A stretch of 62,597 bases of DNA, filler included, from Globobulimina sp. (GCA_003354225.1; 22 parts of 22 records of this genome joined end to end with filler, not necessarily neighbours in it); one strand, 5' to 3'. Shown: positions 45,878 through 59,749, counted from the whole stretch's first letter. Translations and numbers: made by a program. Notes: generated by a model not told the origin, from the letters alone.

Positions 45878-48357
45878 ATGACTGAATCCAGATACAACCT
45901 TCGGAATCGTAACAAAGGAAAAAAACCCATTGAAGATGCAGAAACAAAGGATTCAGACTCCGATCAAGAATCTTCAGCAAGCGAATATGAAGATGAAAGT
46001 GATGATGTTTCAAGTTGCGATCCGCAACCAGGCAACATGAGTGTAGATGAAGAACAAGCATCTGACGATGATGACGACGATGATATAAATTACGAGTTTG
46101 CAGCAAATAAAGATGATCCCGTGTTGCCAAAATCCATTGTTTACTTAAAACCTGATGCAAATTTGTCATTCCGTTGTGATCCACGATTGTTTGATGTACT
46201 TAACGATAGGGTTAATGATAATAATTGTGATGATATTAATCGATATCTGCAAAAATATAATGATGAAAGAATAAATAAAGAATATTTCCATTCAAATAAA
46301 CATGGAGGAATCGAAAATATACAAAATATTCAATCCTTGTATTTACGGAAAAAAGCAATGAATTGCGTTATGAACAAAATTGAGAAAAACATTGAACACA
46401 TCATAGGAAGTGCAGAGCGGAATATATTTGATGACATTGTAAAATTTGCACAAAATACGTATTCGTTAAATAATAATAAGACATCAATGGAATATTTATG
46501 GGCTTTAAATGAATGCGTTATACCAACTGCAATGTTAATGTGTGGGCAAAATATATCTGATCTTGAACTGCATTTCGAACATTTACAAAACCAGTTCGAA
46601 ACAAGTGTTTCTCCCTTAATTGTTCGATTTAAACAAACGGATTTAAAAAAAGATGGAACATTTGGTGGCAAAATGTACAATGTTGAAAAGTTTATTATTG
46701 ATACAATTTTCCAGAAATTAACTGATTGGAAAGTAAGCAAATCAAATACAAATAATACAAATAAGAGTGATAATGTTGAATATTATGATATGAAACAAGT
46801 ATTAAAATTGCCACCAATCAATCGTGTTAAAAATGAAATTATTCGAACTTTTTTGTTGTGGTATTTTAGATTTGGTAGAAACGTGAATAAATATTGGAGA
46901 AAAAATAATTTTATTAAATCATGTTTTGATGAATTACCAAAAATAATTCTTATGATTGATGGCATTGAACAATGGTCACCGATTATATTATCATCATTAA
47001 TATATATATTACATGATATGACTGATAATTATAAAAATATAACTGCCAACTTTAAGGGTAATATACCATTTATATTGGTTTTGGGTGTATCGACAACTGA
47101 AGATTTAATGCAACAAATGATTGAAGCGGATGCATTGCGATTATTATCTGTAAATAGATATTACTTTGAGCCGTCACATAAATTATATTCAAAATTAGCA
47201 GAAGAAATATTAATTGAATCATCACCAATATTATTTGATGAATGTATATTGAATAAATTGCTTCATCATTGTGAATTAAATGATTTTTCTGTGAACAGAT
47301 TTAAAGATCAAATTAAATATTTATTTATGTCTTTTTTTATGAATACAAAAGCATCGCAATATGCTGCATATTTAATGTACTTAAAAGATAAAGATAAAGA
47401 TAAACAAAATAGATATGATGATGATGAAGAATTTGATTTGTGGTGGTTTTCTGGAGAAGAGGATTACATTTCGGATTTTGTTCCAAATACACAAAAGTTT
47501 AAACATTATATTACAGAAATATTCACAATATATACCAGATACGTTGATGCATTGCGTGTATTTAAAATGATTTGTGATCATTTAGATTTTAAATGGAGTC
47601 GAAGTGAAATTATTGCAAAATTGCAAGACAAACAATTATTATATAAATATTTATTGGCGCGAGTAGGCGCAGTCGATGATAATATTAAAATTCCTGAGGA
47701 GAAGAAAGAAAGAGAGCAGTTTCCACAAAGAATTGAAGATTTTAAGGATTGTCATGAAATTTATAATATTCTTGAACAAAAAACAAAGTCATTTGATCAA
47801 GAAATCGCAGCAAATGCAGCCAAACAATATAAGATTATTACAAGCGGATTGGGAGAGAAACCAGTTATTAATACAAATAATAATAATAATACAAAAACAA
47901 AACGTAAATTAAATGCAAAGCAAAAACGATTAGAATTAAAAAGACAATTAACAGCAAATACTAATAAAGTATTATATGGTGAAGGAAGAAAGAATTTATT
48001 TCAATTATTACGTTGTTTTATTGAAAAACATTTAAAACCAATGAAGGAACTACCGTTAAATGAGATATTTGTATATTCAAAAGAAAGCAAATTTTGTCGG
48101 GATATGTTCCCGCCGACAAACAGTGCATTTCGCAAAAGATATGAAAATTATGCACAATATTTAGCTGACAATAACAGCGACAATATTGAGCCAGAAGGAA
48201 TGTGCTGTCTTTATGATGTTTATCAAGAGATTGATGGTTTATATATTAATTTGCATGATGCATATATTGCATTTAAACAAAGATTTGCTGCTTACAATCA
48301 AATGCAAGATGAAGATGACGATCAAGATAAGAAAAGAAGGAAAAAGAAAAGGAATAA
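45878..48357 (+). CDS. ORC3: Origin recognition complex subunit 3; 3' partial
   Basis: IPTAMLMCGQNISD...F..L, IILMIDGIEQW...LSSLI, IPFILVLGVSTT, DFSV..F, LPLNEIF, winged-helix start YINLHDAYIAF. Confidence 0.85.
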
Positions 48358-48457
48358 NNNNNNNNNNNNNNNNNNNNNNNNNNNNNNNNNNNNNNNNNNN
48401 NTTAATTAATTAANNNNNNNNNNNNNNNNNNNNNNNNNNNNNNNNNNNNNNNNNNNN

Positions 48458-50794
48458 TCGATTATTCCAAATCAAAAGAAAACATTACAAAGAAAATTGA
48501 ATGGATTTGCAAAATAAAGAAAATGAAATATGGCCAAAAATCTATGAAAAGAGCTAAACGGCATCGGGAGGAAGAATTGAATACAAATAATATTTTAAAT
48601 GAATTGTTAGGCATTAAACAGGAATATTATTTGTTGAGTAACAATGAGGGAATGGAAGGAGATGAAGAAGGGAAAGAAAATGATTATAAACGAGATGAAG
48701 GCTCGTCAGTCGATGGTGATATATCAAAATCATTGGCAATGATTCAAAGTGGAAGTTCAAAAAGATCGGCATGGTCACATTTGTTGGGTATATTTGAATC
48801 ATTAGATTTATTATTATCCGATACAAACAGTGCTGTTATTAATACAGATTTGAATTTTGTTGATTTATTGTATTGTTTCGGTATGGTTGGCATTGGTATT
48901 CGTGTTCGAAGAATTGCAGCGTCAGATATTGATCCCTGGCAATTAAAAATAGAATATGTGTCACATTGTTATAACGACACCGTATCAGCAATGTGTGCAT
49001 TGGATTCGGCATTAAATACTTTTGAAATTGGAAACAATGTTATTACAAAAATGAAAAATGACCACCAACACAAAGAAGAAACAACTGAGCATATTCCAGA
49101 CGTTGTGATGGTTTTAAATCGAATAGATTTTCAGAAGGAATACTTGAAAAATAGATTATTAATGAATGTGATGAGAAGTGATTTGTATTCAATATATTTA
49201 TCGTCCGTATTTACCAGAAATCCAAACTTAGTGATTCCTGCACAAAAAATTGCAATTTTGATGATATCATTTGTGCAAACCGTGCAACAAATATTTGTTA
49301 GTGACTGGTCCTCGACATCCAATCAGCAACAAAAGCAAATTAAACAGCTCATCAACAATGCTCTAAATATCATGTATTGCATTCGACTGTGGATTGGGAA
49401 AATCAGTGCCAATAAAGATGGATATTGGTATGTATTGATACAAAAGTTACACGAAGAGAATCCTGGCAGATTTATGACAAACTCACAAAATGAAAATGTA
49501 TCCTCAGTCTGCAAAATTCTTGCTGCAGTATGCTGTTTTGATGAATGTTCTGAATTGTTTTATCAACATCAAAATGTGTACAAATCTTTAAAACACAATT
49601 TAAAAAAGGATGAAACCAAAGAGAATGGGAAAGATATCTCATTGATTAAAAAACAATTAACAGACTGTCGATTGTCACGAATAGCCATTGCGATGATGGC
49701 TGAATCAGCATCGCGAGAATGCAGAATTTTGGTGAAGAATAATACAGAAGAAATGTGGAAATTAATTGGAAAATGTTTAAAAATAGCAAATGAAAGCAGA
49801 AAATATGAGAAATGGTACAATTGTGGCAAAGTGCAGAAAGGGATATTATTTGCTGATATATTTAATGTAGAAAAGGCAACTACTGCTTCAGCCAAATTTT
49901 TTAACCATAAATTAAAAACAAACTGCAGCCCTCATTCAATTGTTTCGTGTCTAGGTTTTACGAATTGTTTGTATCAATTTATCAACAAATCAGAGAACAT
50001 AAATATTAATTCAATGTGGTCTAAAATTGCAAAGTAAATTAATTGATTTTATTTATAACAAATTTAAGACAAAAAAAGTTTCAATGAAAGCGTTCATCAA
50101 ACATTATTTACCGAATACAAATCCTATCTATGTCCAGATTGCTTTGTATGTCCAGGGTTTGAGATATCATACATCCAAAACACGAAGAGATGGCTTGCCC
50201 GAATTAATTGATCCATTGCCAATTATTAACAAAATATCGTCGGGTTACAGACAACATCGATTTGAACAATATGTTCACAAAAGAAACAAAGCAGTTCGTG
50301 CTGAATTGGAGCAAGAAGCAAAATTTAATCGACAAAAACGTTTAATATTCGAACAAAACGAATTCTTACTAAATCATAATTATCCTGAAGTGCCCAATAT
50401 ATTTTCATCAAAACGTGTTGAAATGCTAAATGAAGCGCGTCCTGTTTCGGATCAATTGGAGTTATTACCAAATTGCGGATTATTAAAACATCATTGTTGT
50501 TATCCAAAATGCGAATATTTTTTGCTTAATTTAGCAACAGAAAAGGATAAAATCATGGGAACAAGACATGGAATATGGAAACATTTGCGTTATTTACAAA
50601 TGCCAAATAAGGATTTTTATGCTAAAAAATTCCATCTCAATTCATATAAACTATTACGAAGAGATTCTAATAACAAACAACAATTTAAAATTAAAATGAA
50701 AGCAATGTATCAAAAGACATATCCAAACATATTAAGCGATCATTGTGACAAAATGTTGGATGCCACATACCACTCATTCTGTGCAAATAATTGA
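48458..50794 (+). CDS. Large hypothetical protein split into two overlapping frames at ~50030; 5' partial
   Basis: ORFs 48523-50037 and 50027-50794 overlap by 11 nt with continuous coding-like composition. C-terminal HHCCYPKC cluster. Confidence 0.6.
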
Positions 50795-51040
50795 GTAAAT
50801 TAAGGACATTGTGAGCCTTTACATTGTGCATATTGCAAAAGCATTTCATGCAATTCATTCAGTATTCTTGTGTCAGTTTGATTATATATATTTTGTGTTT
50901 GCCACTGGATTTAATAAATCACATTCATTACACAACTACCAATCGGCGAGAACTCGGAACTTCAGAAAACTGTGTTGTTCGTTGTGGTGATGTGCTAGGC
51001 CATCATCGTTATAATCCAATAATTATTTGCTATCCAATCA

Positions 51041-51150
51041 ACTTTGCGCCGCATCTCTCTCTCTCATGCGGCACAAACAAATCCCACAAATAATATCAAT
51101 CCACTTTGCGCCGCATCTCTCTCTCTCTCTCATGCGGCACAAACAAATCC
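51041..51150. repeat. Two tandem hairpin units with (CT)n loops
   Basis: actttgcgccgcat-(ct)n-catgcggcacaaacaaatcc at 51041-51084 and 51103-51150, with different loop lengths. Confidence 0.85.
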
Positions 51151-51525
51151 AATTAATCCAGCCAATCCACCATAATTTGTATAATGCAACGTGATAAAGA
51201 TGCAGNNNNNNNNNNNNNNNNNNNNNNNNNNNNNNNNNNNNNNNNNNNNTTAATTAATTAANNNNNNNNNNNNNNNNNNNNNNNNNNNNNNNNNNNNNNN
51301 NNNNNAGTGATGAACACACTCAACATTGTATATACTCGTTTAAAATTAAACAGAGTACGTTCGATCAAACAACAGACAAAAGAAAAACAAAAAAACATTC
51401 GCAACAAAACACTAAAACATCATAAAACAATATAAAAACATCGATCTGTTTATTTTCGCATACGGAGATATGTAAAAATAAACATCAAAAAAACATATTA
51501 AAACAGCACAGAAACATTTTCGCAA

Positions 51526-52443
51526 TCAATTTCGTTCAATCTTAGCCAATTTGCACGTCGTACATAAACGATGCAATGGCCCACACAATTTATCATAAAT
51601 TTGATGGTTGATATCAAATCCAAATAGTAAATAAATACAAACTGTACTAATTGTACAATCTAAGCAATACCAAACCATACCGATTGGATGCCATTGTTTA
51701 TGATCAATAGCGATGGCAACGGACATTCCAATTATTTCGCATATAAATGATGAACAAACAGCAATCGGTATTAATAGTCCATGTTTAATAACAACATAAA
51801 ACAATTCACTGTCAATCATTTCTTTTACCACACCCGTACGACTTGCATCATTCTGCTCACTCTGTTCTGGTACCTTTGCTGTATTCGACAACATAACCAC
51901 TTCCATTTTGCGGATATAAAGAATCATCAAAGTTATAGTCAATGAAAAATATAAAATTGACCATATTATACCAAAAATATACACCAAAGTCCATACTTCC
52001 ATCACTATCATCAACACAAGGCATAGGGAAAAAATTATCATTGAAATGCATAGACCGTATAATGATTTAATAAAAGATTTTGAGAAAGAAAGAGTTGTAT
52101 TTCTGAATGTGAAATCTATCCGCATGGTGAATACAAAAATCATTGTTATTTGTCCCAATGCATAGAATACAATGCCTGTATATGGAATAACAACTAATCT
52201 GAATTTTTCATTGTGCGCTATAACTAATATCTTGCAGATAAAAAAAAATGTGATTGATAAGACGAAACACAAAATTGATGCAATGCTCGCCATCACTACT
52301 GACACCTTGATGGGATTTGTTTTGCTGCTTTTAAACTTTTGCAACATGGATATGGACAATGATATGGTGGAAGAGAACGCGATGACCAGCATACTGCCAC
52401 TGATCACTGTTAACAGCACATTTAATTCAATTCCAACAGACAT
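51526..52443 (-). CDS. 7TM GPCR-like membrane protein
   Basis: Seven hydrophobic segments, RIDFTFRNT after TM3, LDCTISTVCIYLLF...YDKLCG tail. Confidence 0.78.
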   Translation of the reverse strand: MSVGIELNVLLTVISGSMLVIAFSSTISLSISMLQKFKSSKTNPIKVSVVMASIASILCFVLSITFFFICKILVIAHNEKFRLVVIPYTGIVFYALGQITMIFVFTMRIDFTFRNTTLSFSKSFIKSLYGLCISMIIFSLCLVLMIVMEVWTLVYIFGIIWSILYFSLTITLMILYIRKMEVVMLSNTAKVPEQSEQNDASRTGVVKEMIDSELFYVVIKHGLLIPIAVCSSFICEIIGMSVAIAIDHKQWHPIGMVWYCLDCTISTVCIYLLFGFDINHQIYDKLCGPLHRLCTTCKLAKIERN

Positions 52444-52563
52444 TTTTGTGTTACTTTAAATTTAAGTTACTTAATTAATAAAAAAATGTTTGCATTGCAC
52501 TGCACTGTGCTTTGTACATATGTTTGCATTGCACTGTGATTTCATAAAATTAAATAAATTAAG

Positions 52564-53869
52564 TTAGGATGGTATTGCAGGAGAAGCCACAACACCGATG
52601 CTTGGATCGTGATCAATTAAATTTTGTATTGCTGCTTGTGCCTCTTCCAATTGTTGTTGTTGTTTTTTCTGTAGTTTTGAACTATAAATAACAAAATATA
52701 AACCAATAACTATTCCAAGTGCACCCAAATCGTTCCAACTTACTCCGTATAGACAATTACTTGGATTATCTGATTTATTCGGATCGCATTTAGGAATAAT
52801 TAAAAAAATTAGTAATATTTCCGCTGCCACCATACTTGTCAGAGGTTGCAATACGGTGTACGCTAAATTTACAGACGGATCTGCGTATTTATTCGCCCAT
52901 GTCATCAACAAATACGATGCTATCGATTCTCCCAATATCTATGCACAAAACCCAAACAATTTGACGATATTTTGTCGACATTCAATCCATTAAAAGCAAT
53001 CAACTCATACAATATACATATAAATTATTGTAGGAGTTGGTTACTTTTAACTGACTTTGATTCCACATAAAAAGTATTTGCATCTTATCATATACCCAAT
53101 AGATCAATGCATAGATAGTGACAGTGGGTACATTCCATGCTTCGCCGTCGCAGTCCGGACAGACGCCATCCAGCAATGCGGGCACATTGGCCACGAGAAT
53201 GGCAGCCACGATCATTGTCAACGTAGCCACCAAATAGGAATAGCCAGTTATTGTGGATGAGCCGTATTTTTTAAACACAGGCTTACCTAAAATCAAATAC
53301 ATGACCGTTGCTGAACAATTTAGGAAAAACATAATGGAGCCACCAAAGGTGGACCAGACACCTTTATTTCCTGAGGTGTCATGGTTGTCGCCGTACAAAA
53401 TCATAAACAATGCACCAGCGGTTCCAATGAGAATGCCGCACACTTTGAATTTGTCGAATTCGCGTTCAATGCCAAAGCAAAAGCCATAGATTACAGCTAA
53501 TATTCCTTGCGAGGGTTGCCAGGCTGAGGAAGTTATAACTGATGCTATTTTAAGGCCAACGATGAAGCAAAATTGATTTAAAAATAAACAGATTCCAGGT
53601 CCAAGAAATAATTTCCAATCTGATAATAACGGGAGCCGCTTATCTTTAATATATGCGATAGCACACAACATCGGACTGGCAATGCCTTCGCGGATTAATG
53701 CAAATAATACGGGATTTGTGGCAGGTAAACCTTTTTTTTTATGGCTTGGTGCTGTTTTTAGTATGCAATATGAAACAAATCACGTACCTAATTGGCCAAT
53801 TATTGCGCCACCACCAAATAATGTTTGTGCTAATATTATTGAGCCATGTATTAATAACAACGACGGCAT
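52564..53869 (-). CDS. EamA/DMT family transporter (WAT1/UMAMIT-like); 3 exons
   Basis: AQTLFGG, NPVLFALIREG, NQFCFIVGL, SAWQPS, AYTVLQPL. Introns 53787-53731 and 53095-52939. Confidence 0.88.
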
Positions 53870-53881
53870 TATTGTGTCTGC

Positions 53882-54030
53882 AATGGATGGTTCATTGTCA
53901 GGAGTGCAGTTCAGAAGGGTGCCACCAAAGGAGCAGTCCAATGGACCATAAAACCACATACCATTCCAGGATGGAAATATGAACCTGTGATCCAGGTTTC
54001 ACAACTGGGGTACCACCCGGACCAGGCAAA
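53882..54030 (+). other. Fragment resembling a bacterial (Bacteroidota-type) glycoside hydrolase family 9 gene
   Basis: A frame not in the ORF track reads NGWFIVRSAVQKGATKGAVQWTIKPHTIPGWKYEPVIQVSQLGYHPDQAK. The [VI]xVSQxGYxP..xK motif starts the GH9 Ig-like domain. GC is elevated. Confidence 0.7.
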
Positions 54031-54153
54031 AACATCAAAACTTTCTGATTTTGNNNNNNNNNNNNNNNNNNNNNNNNNNNNNNNNNNNNNNNNNNNNTTA
54101 ATTAATTAANNNNNNNNNNNNNNNNNNNNNNNNNNNNNNNNNNNNNNNNNNNN

Positions 54154-54923
54154 TCTCTTTCAATGTAAATTTTGTCTCTCTCCTTTTTCGAGTTCACTTT
54201 GATTGTCTTTTTGCTGCTAAACTGATCATAAATCTTTTTCGAGTGGGTATAGGACAAAGTATTGTATTTACAATTTGTTTTCGTAAATGATTGAAGTTGA
54301 GATGCAGTGTCCGGCTCGGTTCCAAATTTGGAAACATATTCATCCCAAATATCAGACGCGTTGTCGTTAGTAATCAATGCAGGTTTTTTCTCTTTGATTG
54401 CTGCGTCTTTTTTTGGATTGTTTTGTTTGGTTCGTTCAGTCTTTGAATTTAATCGTTTATGCAATCTTTTTTTGGCAGTTTGCATGTCTTTGTTTCGATG
54501 AATATCGGTGATATTTTTTATGTTTCTGGAGTGTTTCGGCTTTATTTTTTTCATACTTTCATGCGTTTTGGTTCCATCCTTTATACATTTTTTTGATTGT
54601 TTTTTCTTTGCGTTTTGTTGTTTTGGCTTTGAATCATTTTTTTTGTGTTTTTTAGCGTTTTTATGTTCTACAGATTGTATTTTTTCTTTCTTTTTTCTCG
54701 ATTTGTTCAACTTTCCATTGTCTTTTGGCTTTGCTTGAGTCTTTTTGTGTGATCTTTTTTTCATTGATTTGGAGTGTTTATTGTCCATTTTGTTTGATTG
54801 AGTATTTTCTTTTCTTTGTTCCTTTTTGGATGGTTTTTTCTTCATTGCTTTTGTTTTAGATATTTTGTGTGATTTAGTTCGTTTGAATTTATTGCCTTTC
54901 TCATTTTTGGTTTTCGATGCCAT
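54154..54923 (-). CDS. Lysine-rich protein; 3' partial
   Basis: Very K-rich N-terminus, then a small globular segment WDEYVSKFGTEPDTASQLQSF. Confidence 0.7.
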
Positions 54924-54982
54924 TGTTTCCAAAATACAAATCCAACAAAAAAAGATTTATTTTAGATACTGCAGCTAAAAGT

Positions 54983-56540
54983 ATGTATGAATGGCTGAGC
55001 CAAGCACGCAATATGATAACCGATACATCTATAACCAAAACGATAAAATGGTTCATCGAAACAAGCGTCCCGATGGATGCTGTACAAACATTTGAAAATG
55101 CGTCAAACAGTCAGCTAGCAACGTTATTTTGCAGTGCGTCAATTGCGAGTAGTTTAGGTATTCATTTGTATTCCAAATACAAATACAACGCAAAGTATCA
55201 GAAATGTTGCTTAAATTCATTTAATTACAATAACTACAAACGGATATTGCGGGCATCAGTTCCCGGCAAAATAATATTAAGTGGAGAGCATGGCGTATTT
55301 GACGGAATAACATGTGTTTCCACAGCGATTAACAAACGAACATATATTACAATCTATGAACCAATGGATATCCATCGGGTAATTAATGATTTACAGCTTT
55401 CATCTCCGACAAATTCGAAATTAATTTTAAAATTAAATCAAGATGTAACCCTATCGTGGAAAATAAGTGATTTGATAGCAATTCATAATCTAAATATAAA
55501 TAAATGGCACCACAGATTAATAGAAGACAAATATGCTTTGCTAAAACCAACAATATCATTTATAAACGATGATATATATACAAATCATGCATTGTATGAT
55601 GACAAGGAGTGGGAGAAGAAAATAAGCTGTGTCTTATTATTGTTATTGTTCCAATGTTTTAATAATTTATTTACTGATCAACTATTTATTTCATACGGAA
55701 TTGCAATTGATGTGTCATCAGAAATTCCAATGGATTGTGGCTTGGCTTCTTCGCCGGCATTGTCTTCCTCATTAAGTGCCGCTTTATATTATTATTGGGT
55801 TTACGTCACCGCCGGACAAAGAAAAACAAAAGTTTGCGTATAATTTATTCTACATTTGGCTACATTTCCTTTCTTATTTATTTCAGGTAATTTCAAGCGG
55901 AGTGGAAACGACCTCTCGAATATGGAAATTATCGCAAGAATTGGAGAAGATAAATGATGCAATGCCGCTTTCGTCATCGTCAGGAATTGATAATACAACG
56001 TGCATTTATGGCGGATACATTTCATATAAAAATAAAAATAATTTTAATATAATCGATATCAAACATAAAATACCGTTGTTAGTTATTAGTACCATGGCTA
56101 ATGCCAGAAATACGAAAAAATTAAAGCATTCAGTTAAGCGTTTACACAATAAACATAATAAAATAATTTCTACGATATTTGGTAGTATTGATGCAATTGG
56201 CGAGAAAATTATTGATGTTTTGCAGAATACAAATATTTCCTCATATGATTTGTATAAAAATGTGAATCAATTATTTGCAATTAACCATGCATTATTGCTG
56301 TCGATTGGTGTCGGGTTTGGATCGAATATTAATAATATACAAAATATTTGCAATCAGTATAATTTAGGAAAAGGATTGAAAATGACTGGTGATGGTGGCG
56401 GCGGTGAATCGATTATTGTTAGTTTGTTAAACAAAGATAATGAAATAATTGATAGATTGAGAAGAAAATTATCAAGCAAAGGATATAAAAGCTATGTAGT
56501 TGAAACTGGTGAACCTGGTTTGTTCTGCAAATTCTATTAA
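54983..56540 (+). CDS. MVK: Mevalonate kinase-like GHMP kinase; 2 exons
   Basis: SVPGKIILSGEH, SEIPMDCGLASS, SGIDN...YGG, KMTGDGGGG. Intron 55832-55886. Confidence 0.8.
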
Positions 56541-57001
56541 TACTCGTTTCTTTCATATTGTTTTTACTTTGTATTATTTAAATTGATGTGCTTATACTTG
56601 AATTGATTGATTTCTCATATCTATTTTTTTAATTTAATTGCCATTTGTGACATTTACAAATGATTGCGATTCGATATCAATAGTTATTGGATTTCAATGG
56701 GTATACATTTAGGGAAGTGTGAGTTGATTTATTATACTCGTTAAAAATAACCCTTTCTAGAAACAAACACCACAAACAAATCATTCATATGGTTATCTAA
56801 TGTCTATTAAAACTCATCTTTGAAAGATTTGGATTTAGATATAATTATTATATCGGAGTTTCGGATTTTAAAAATATACTTATTATATAGATACAGCTGT
56901 GNNNNNNNNNNNNNNNNNNNNNNNNNNNNNNNNNNNNNNNNNNNNTTAATTAATTAANNNNNNNNNNNNNNNNNNNNNNNNNNNNNNNNNNNNNNNNNNN
57001 N

Positions 57002-59749
57002 TATACTGTACACATGCAACTAATATAAAACACGTATACCTGATCCATTACTTCGCCAATCAGGAAGTTCAAAGTTGCACAAATACCACCTATTGTTTGC
57101 ATGTCATGCGATGTGATGCAGAATTATTATCACTGTAAATAAAGCATACCGGCAATGGCACCGCACACAGGATTGCATAACGACATACTGACCGCTGTTG
57201 CAATGCAAATAGCATCAGCCAGTTTGCCCAACGCATGTTGGATTTGACTCAACAGTTTCAGTCCCTGCTGCACTTTCTCTTTAATGTCATCCATCACTTG
57301 GTCCACCTCACCAACATAGGCCGCTTGCGATGCCGCTTGCGATATGGTGGTCAATTTGGCTCGCATCCACGTCTCAATCTCGATGAGCTCTATGATGGTT
57401 GGATACATTTGCTCATTGTGATAAATCTGAGTGTCTTCCATCAATGCACGAGATACCGCGAGATTCGCATCCATATATTCTTGACACTCAATGGACAAAT
57501 TATTATAATACCAACGCATCGAAGTCAGCTCATTGTCTTGCCACAGCTCAATCAAATTTATCTTTGCATACATATCTGACGATAGCTCCGTCAGTGCGAT
57601 GGGCAAATCGTTAGCGATGGCATGCGTTTCCGGAGAACAGTACCAAACACCAAACGCAAACCAAAAACTGATCGTAAATACAAAGGTTTGAATCAATCGA
57701 CAACAAATATCTGAACAAATGAAGGGTCCATGGTCTCTGCAGCTAAATTTATTTCTGATATACTCCTTTTCGCTCAAAATAGACGCCACAGTTTCAATGG
57801 TTTCGGCTGTTTCTGCTCCCATTGTTTCTTTTTCTTTTTCATCTTTACCAGCATTACAAAGTAAATCCGAGACTTGAATTTGTTGGGGATCCACCACATC
57901 GCTCTCTGGCGACACGCTTTCAATATTTTCTTGGCATCCTTGCAATGGATTTTGTTCGCCAATGTTTTCACCGTACACAGCCATTTCAATATTTTGTTTA
58001 TTTTGTTGATTTGCGCTGGCAGTTGGCTTTAAAGAACGGGTACTGCGGAAAATAGGCACTTTATCATCTCTCGCAGTCCAAAAGTCCACTTCCAACACAT
58101 ATATACACCACAACCACGCTGCGATTGCAACTAAAACGCAAATACATACACCGCTCGCTAATGATATGAGAACCAACGCAGATTTGTTAAATAACATGCC
58201 ATCAAAAGATATAATATATTTCAACTTGAATGAATCTGTGAATTGTTCGATACAAAAAAATATAGTAATTGTAATCAAGAAAATCCAGGGAGCCCAATTT
58301 AATGTGGTATCAAACGGACTAAATCGTACTTTCATCTTTTTTTTGGCGATTTTTAGTGATTTCTGCCGGTTTAATGTAGTTTTTCTGTTTTGTGCGGATC
58401 CTTTGAGATAAACATGGAAGACGTGGCTTAATACATTAATGTGAGTGTCGGTGGAATCGATGACATATTTGAGATTCGGCTTTTTCTTGAAACATTTAAT
58501 GCAGCCAATGTTGACTTGGTACACTGTATCTTTTCTGCATCCATCGGATTTTAATTTAAACGCAGCACAAAACAGAAATAATATGGCAAAGCATATCATC
58601 GCAGTAAACATCACCAAAAATGGTGTCTCTTCGATTAACCATATCATTGGCAACGATATGAAATTCCAATTATATGCTAAATCGTATGTGATTGAGGATA
58701 ACTGATAATTTCCAACAATGAAATATGGTTTCATTCGAAACGAAAAACTTAAATCATCCCATTCTATGATAAAGGGCACCATAATAAATGTTTCATTGCT
58801 GGCTCTCATTTGAGTTAAATTGTGGTTGTTTAACACGAAAAAATAAATGCTGGGTAATTCGAATTGAAATGCGATGGTTTGCGGACATTTTGTTTGCAAT
58901 ATACTTTGTTTATAAATTAAAGTTCGATCATTTGTGCTTTCATTATATGAATATATTTTTAATTGCGCATATCCGTCAGACAGACAATGCGAAAATGTTG
59001 CCGTTAAATCGAGGTTCCAATAGTCATCATTTTGTGTGGTTGTGATTGAAGTAATAAACCCGGACGGAATTAATGTTGCGTAATCATTCAAATTTGCAGC
59101 GTAATTTAATAACAAATCGTCTTGTTGGGATAGGGAGACATTGAAATCGATACTCTGACTCAAATATGTATCATCAATAAAACTTGTAAACGGTATTTGA
59201 TACAAAAACGGATCAGAATATTCTAATAAGTTCACAGTGATTGTATCATTTGCATCATTTTTAAGTAAATTTGAAAACTGTATCGAATTTAATGCAGTTT
59301 CGATTAGTCCATCACAGGAAGTCAAATCCCAATTTGCTGCAATGTCGTAAAATGGATAAATGCTGGAAGTGAACGCATTGTCTTGATAATATCTAAAGCG
59401 ATCGCCATAATATTTGTGATATCCATCTTGGATCCATTCGAAGTTAATCATAATGTTTTTATTTAACATTTCAGCGATTTGGTCAAACCCATTTAATTTG
59501 TGCATGATATCAACACCGACATTCACTTGCTTTGATAAAATATCAGCCAGCGAATTAGGATAAATATCTGAACTTAAATTAGTAGACAGCAACATACCAT
59601 CTTCTGTTTCGTAAAGCAATTCTACAAATACGTGATACAATGGATATCTATCCGTTTCATCAAAATCATATTGCACAAAACAACCAAATCTATCTTCAAA
59701 TACAGGTTCAACCGATAAAATAGCAACATTTGATTCAATACAGCAGGTT
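57002..59749 (-). CDS. Large multi-pass membrane protein, unknown; partial at both ends
   Basis: 848-aa ORF with a large N-glycosylation-rich ectodomain, ~4 TM helices and a helical C-terminal part. Continues through a probable intron near 57147. Confidence 0.7.
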
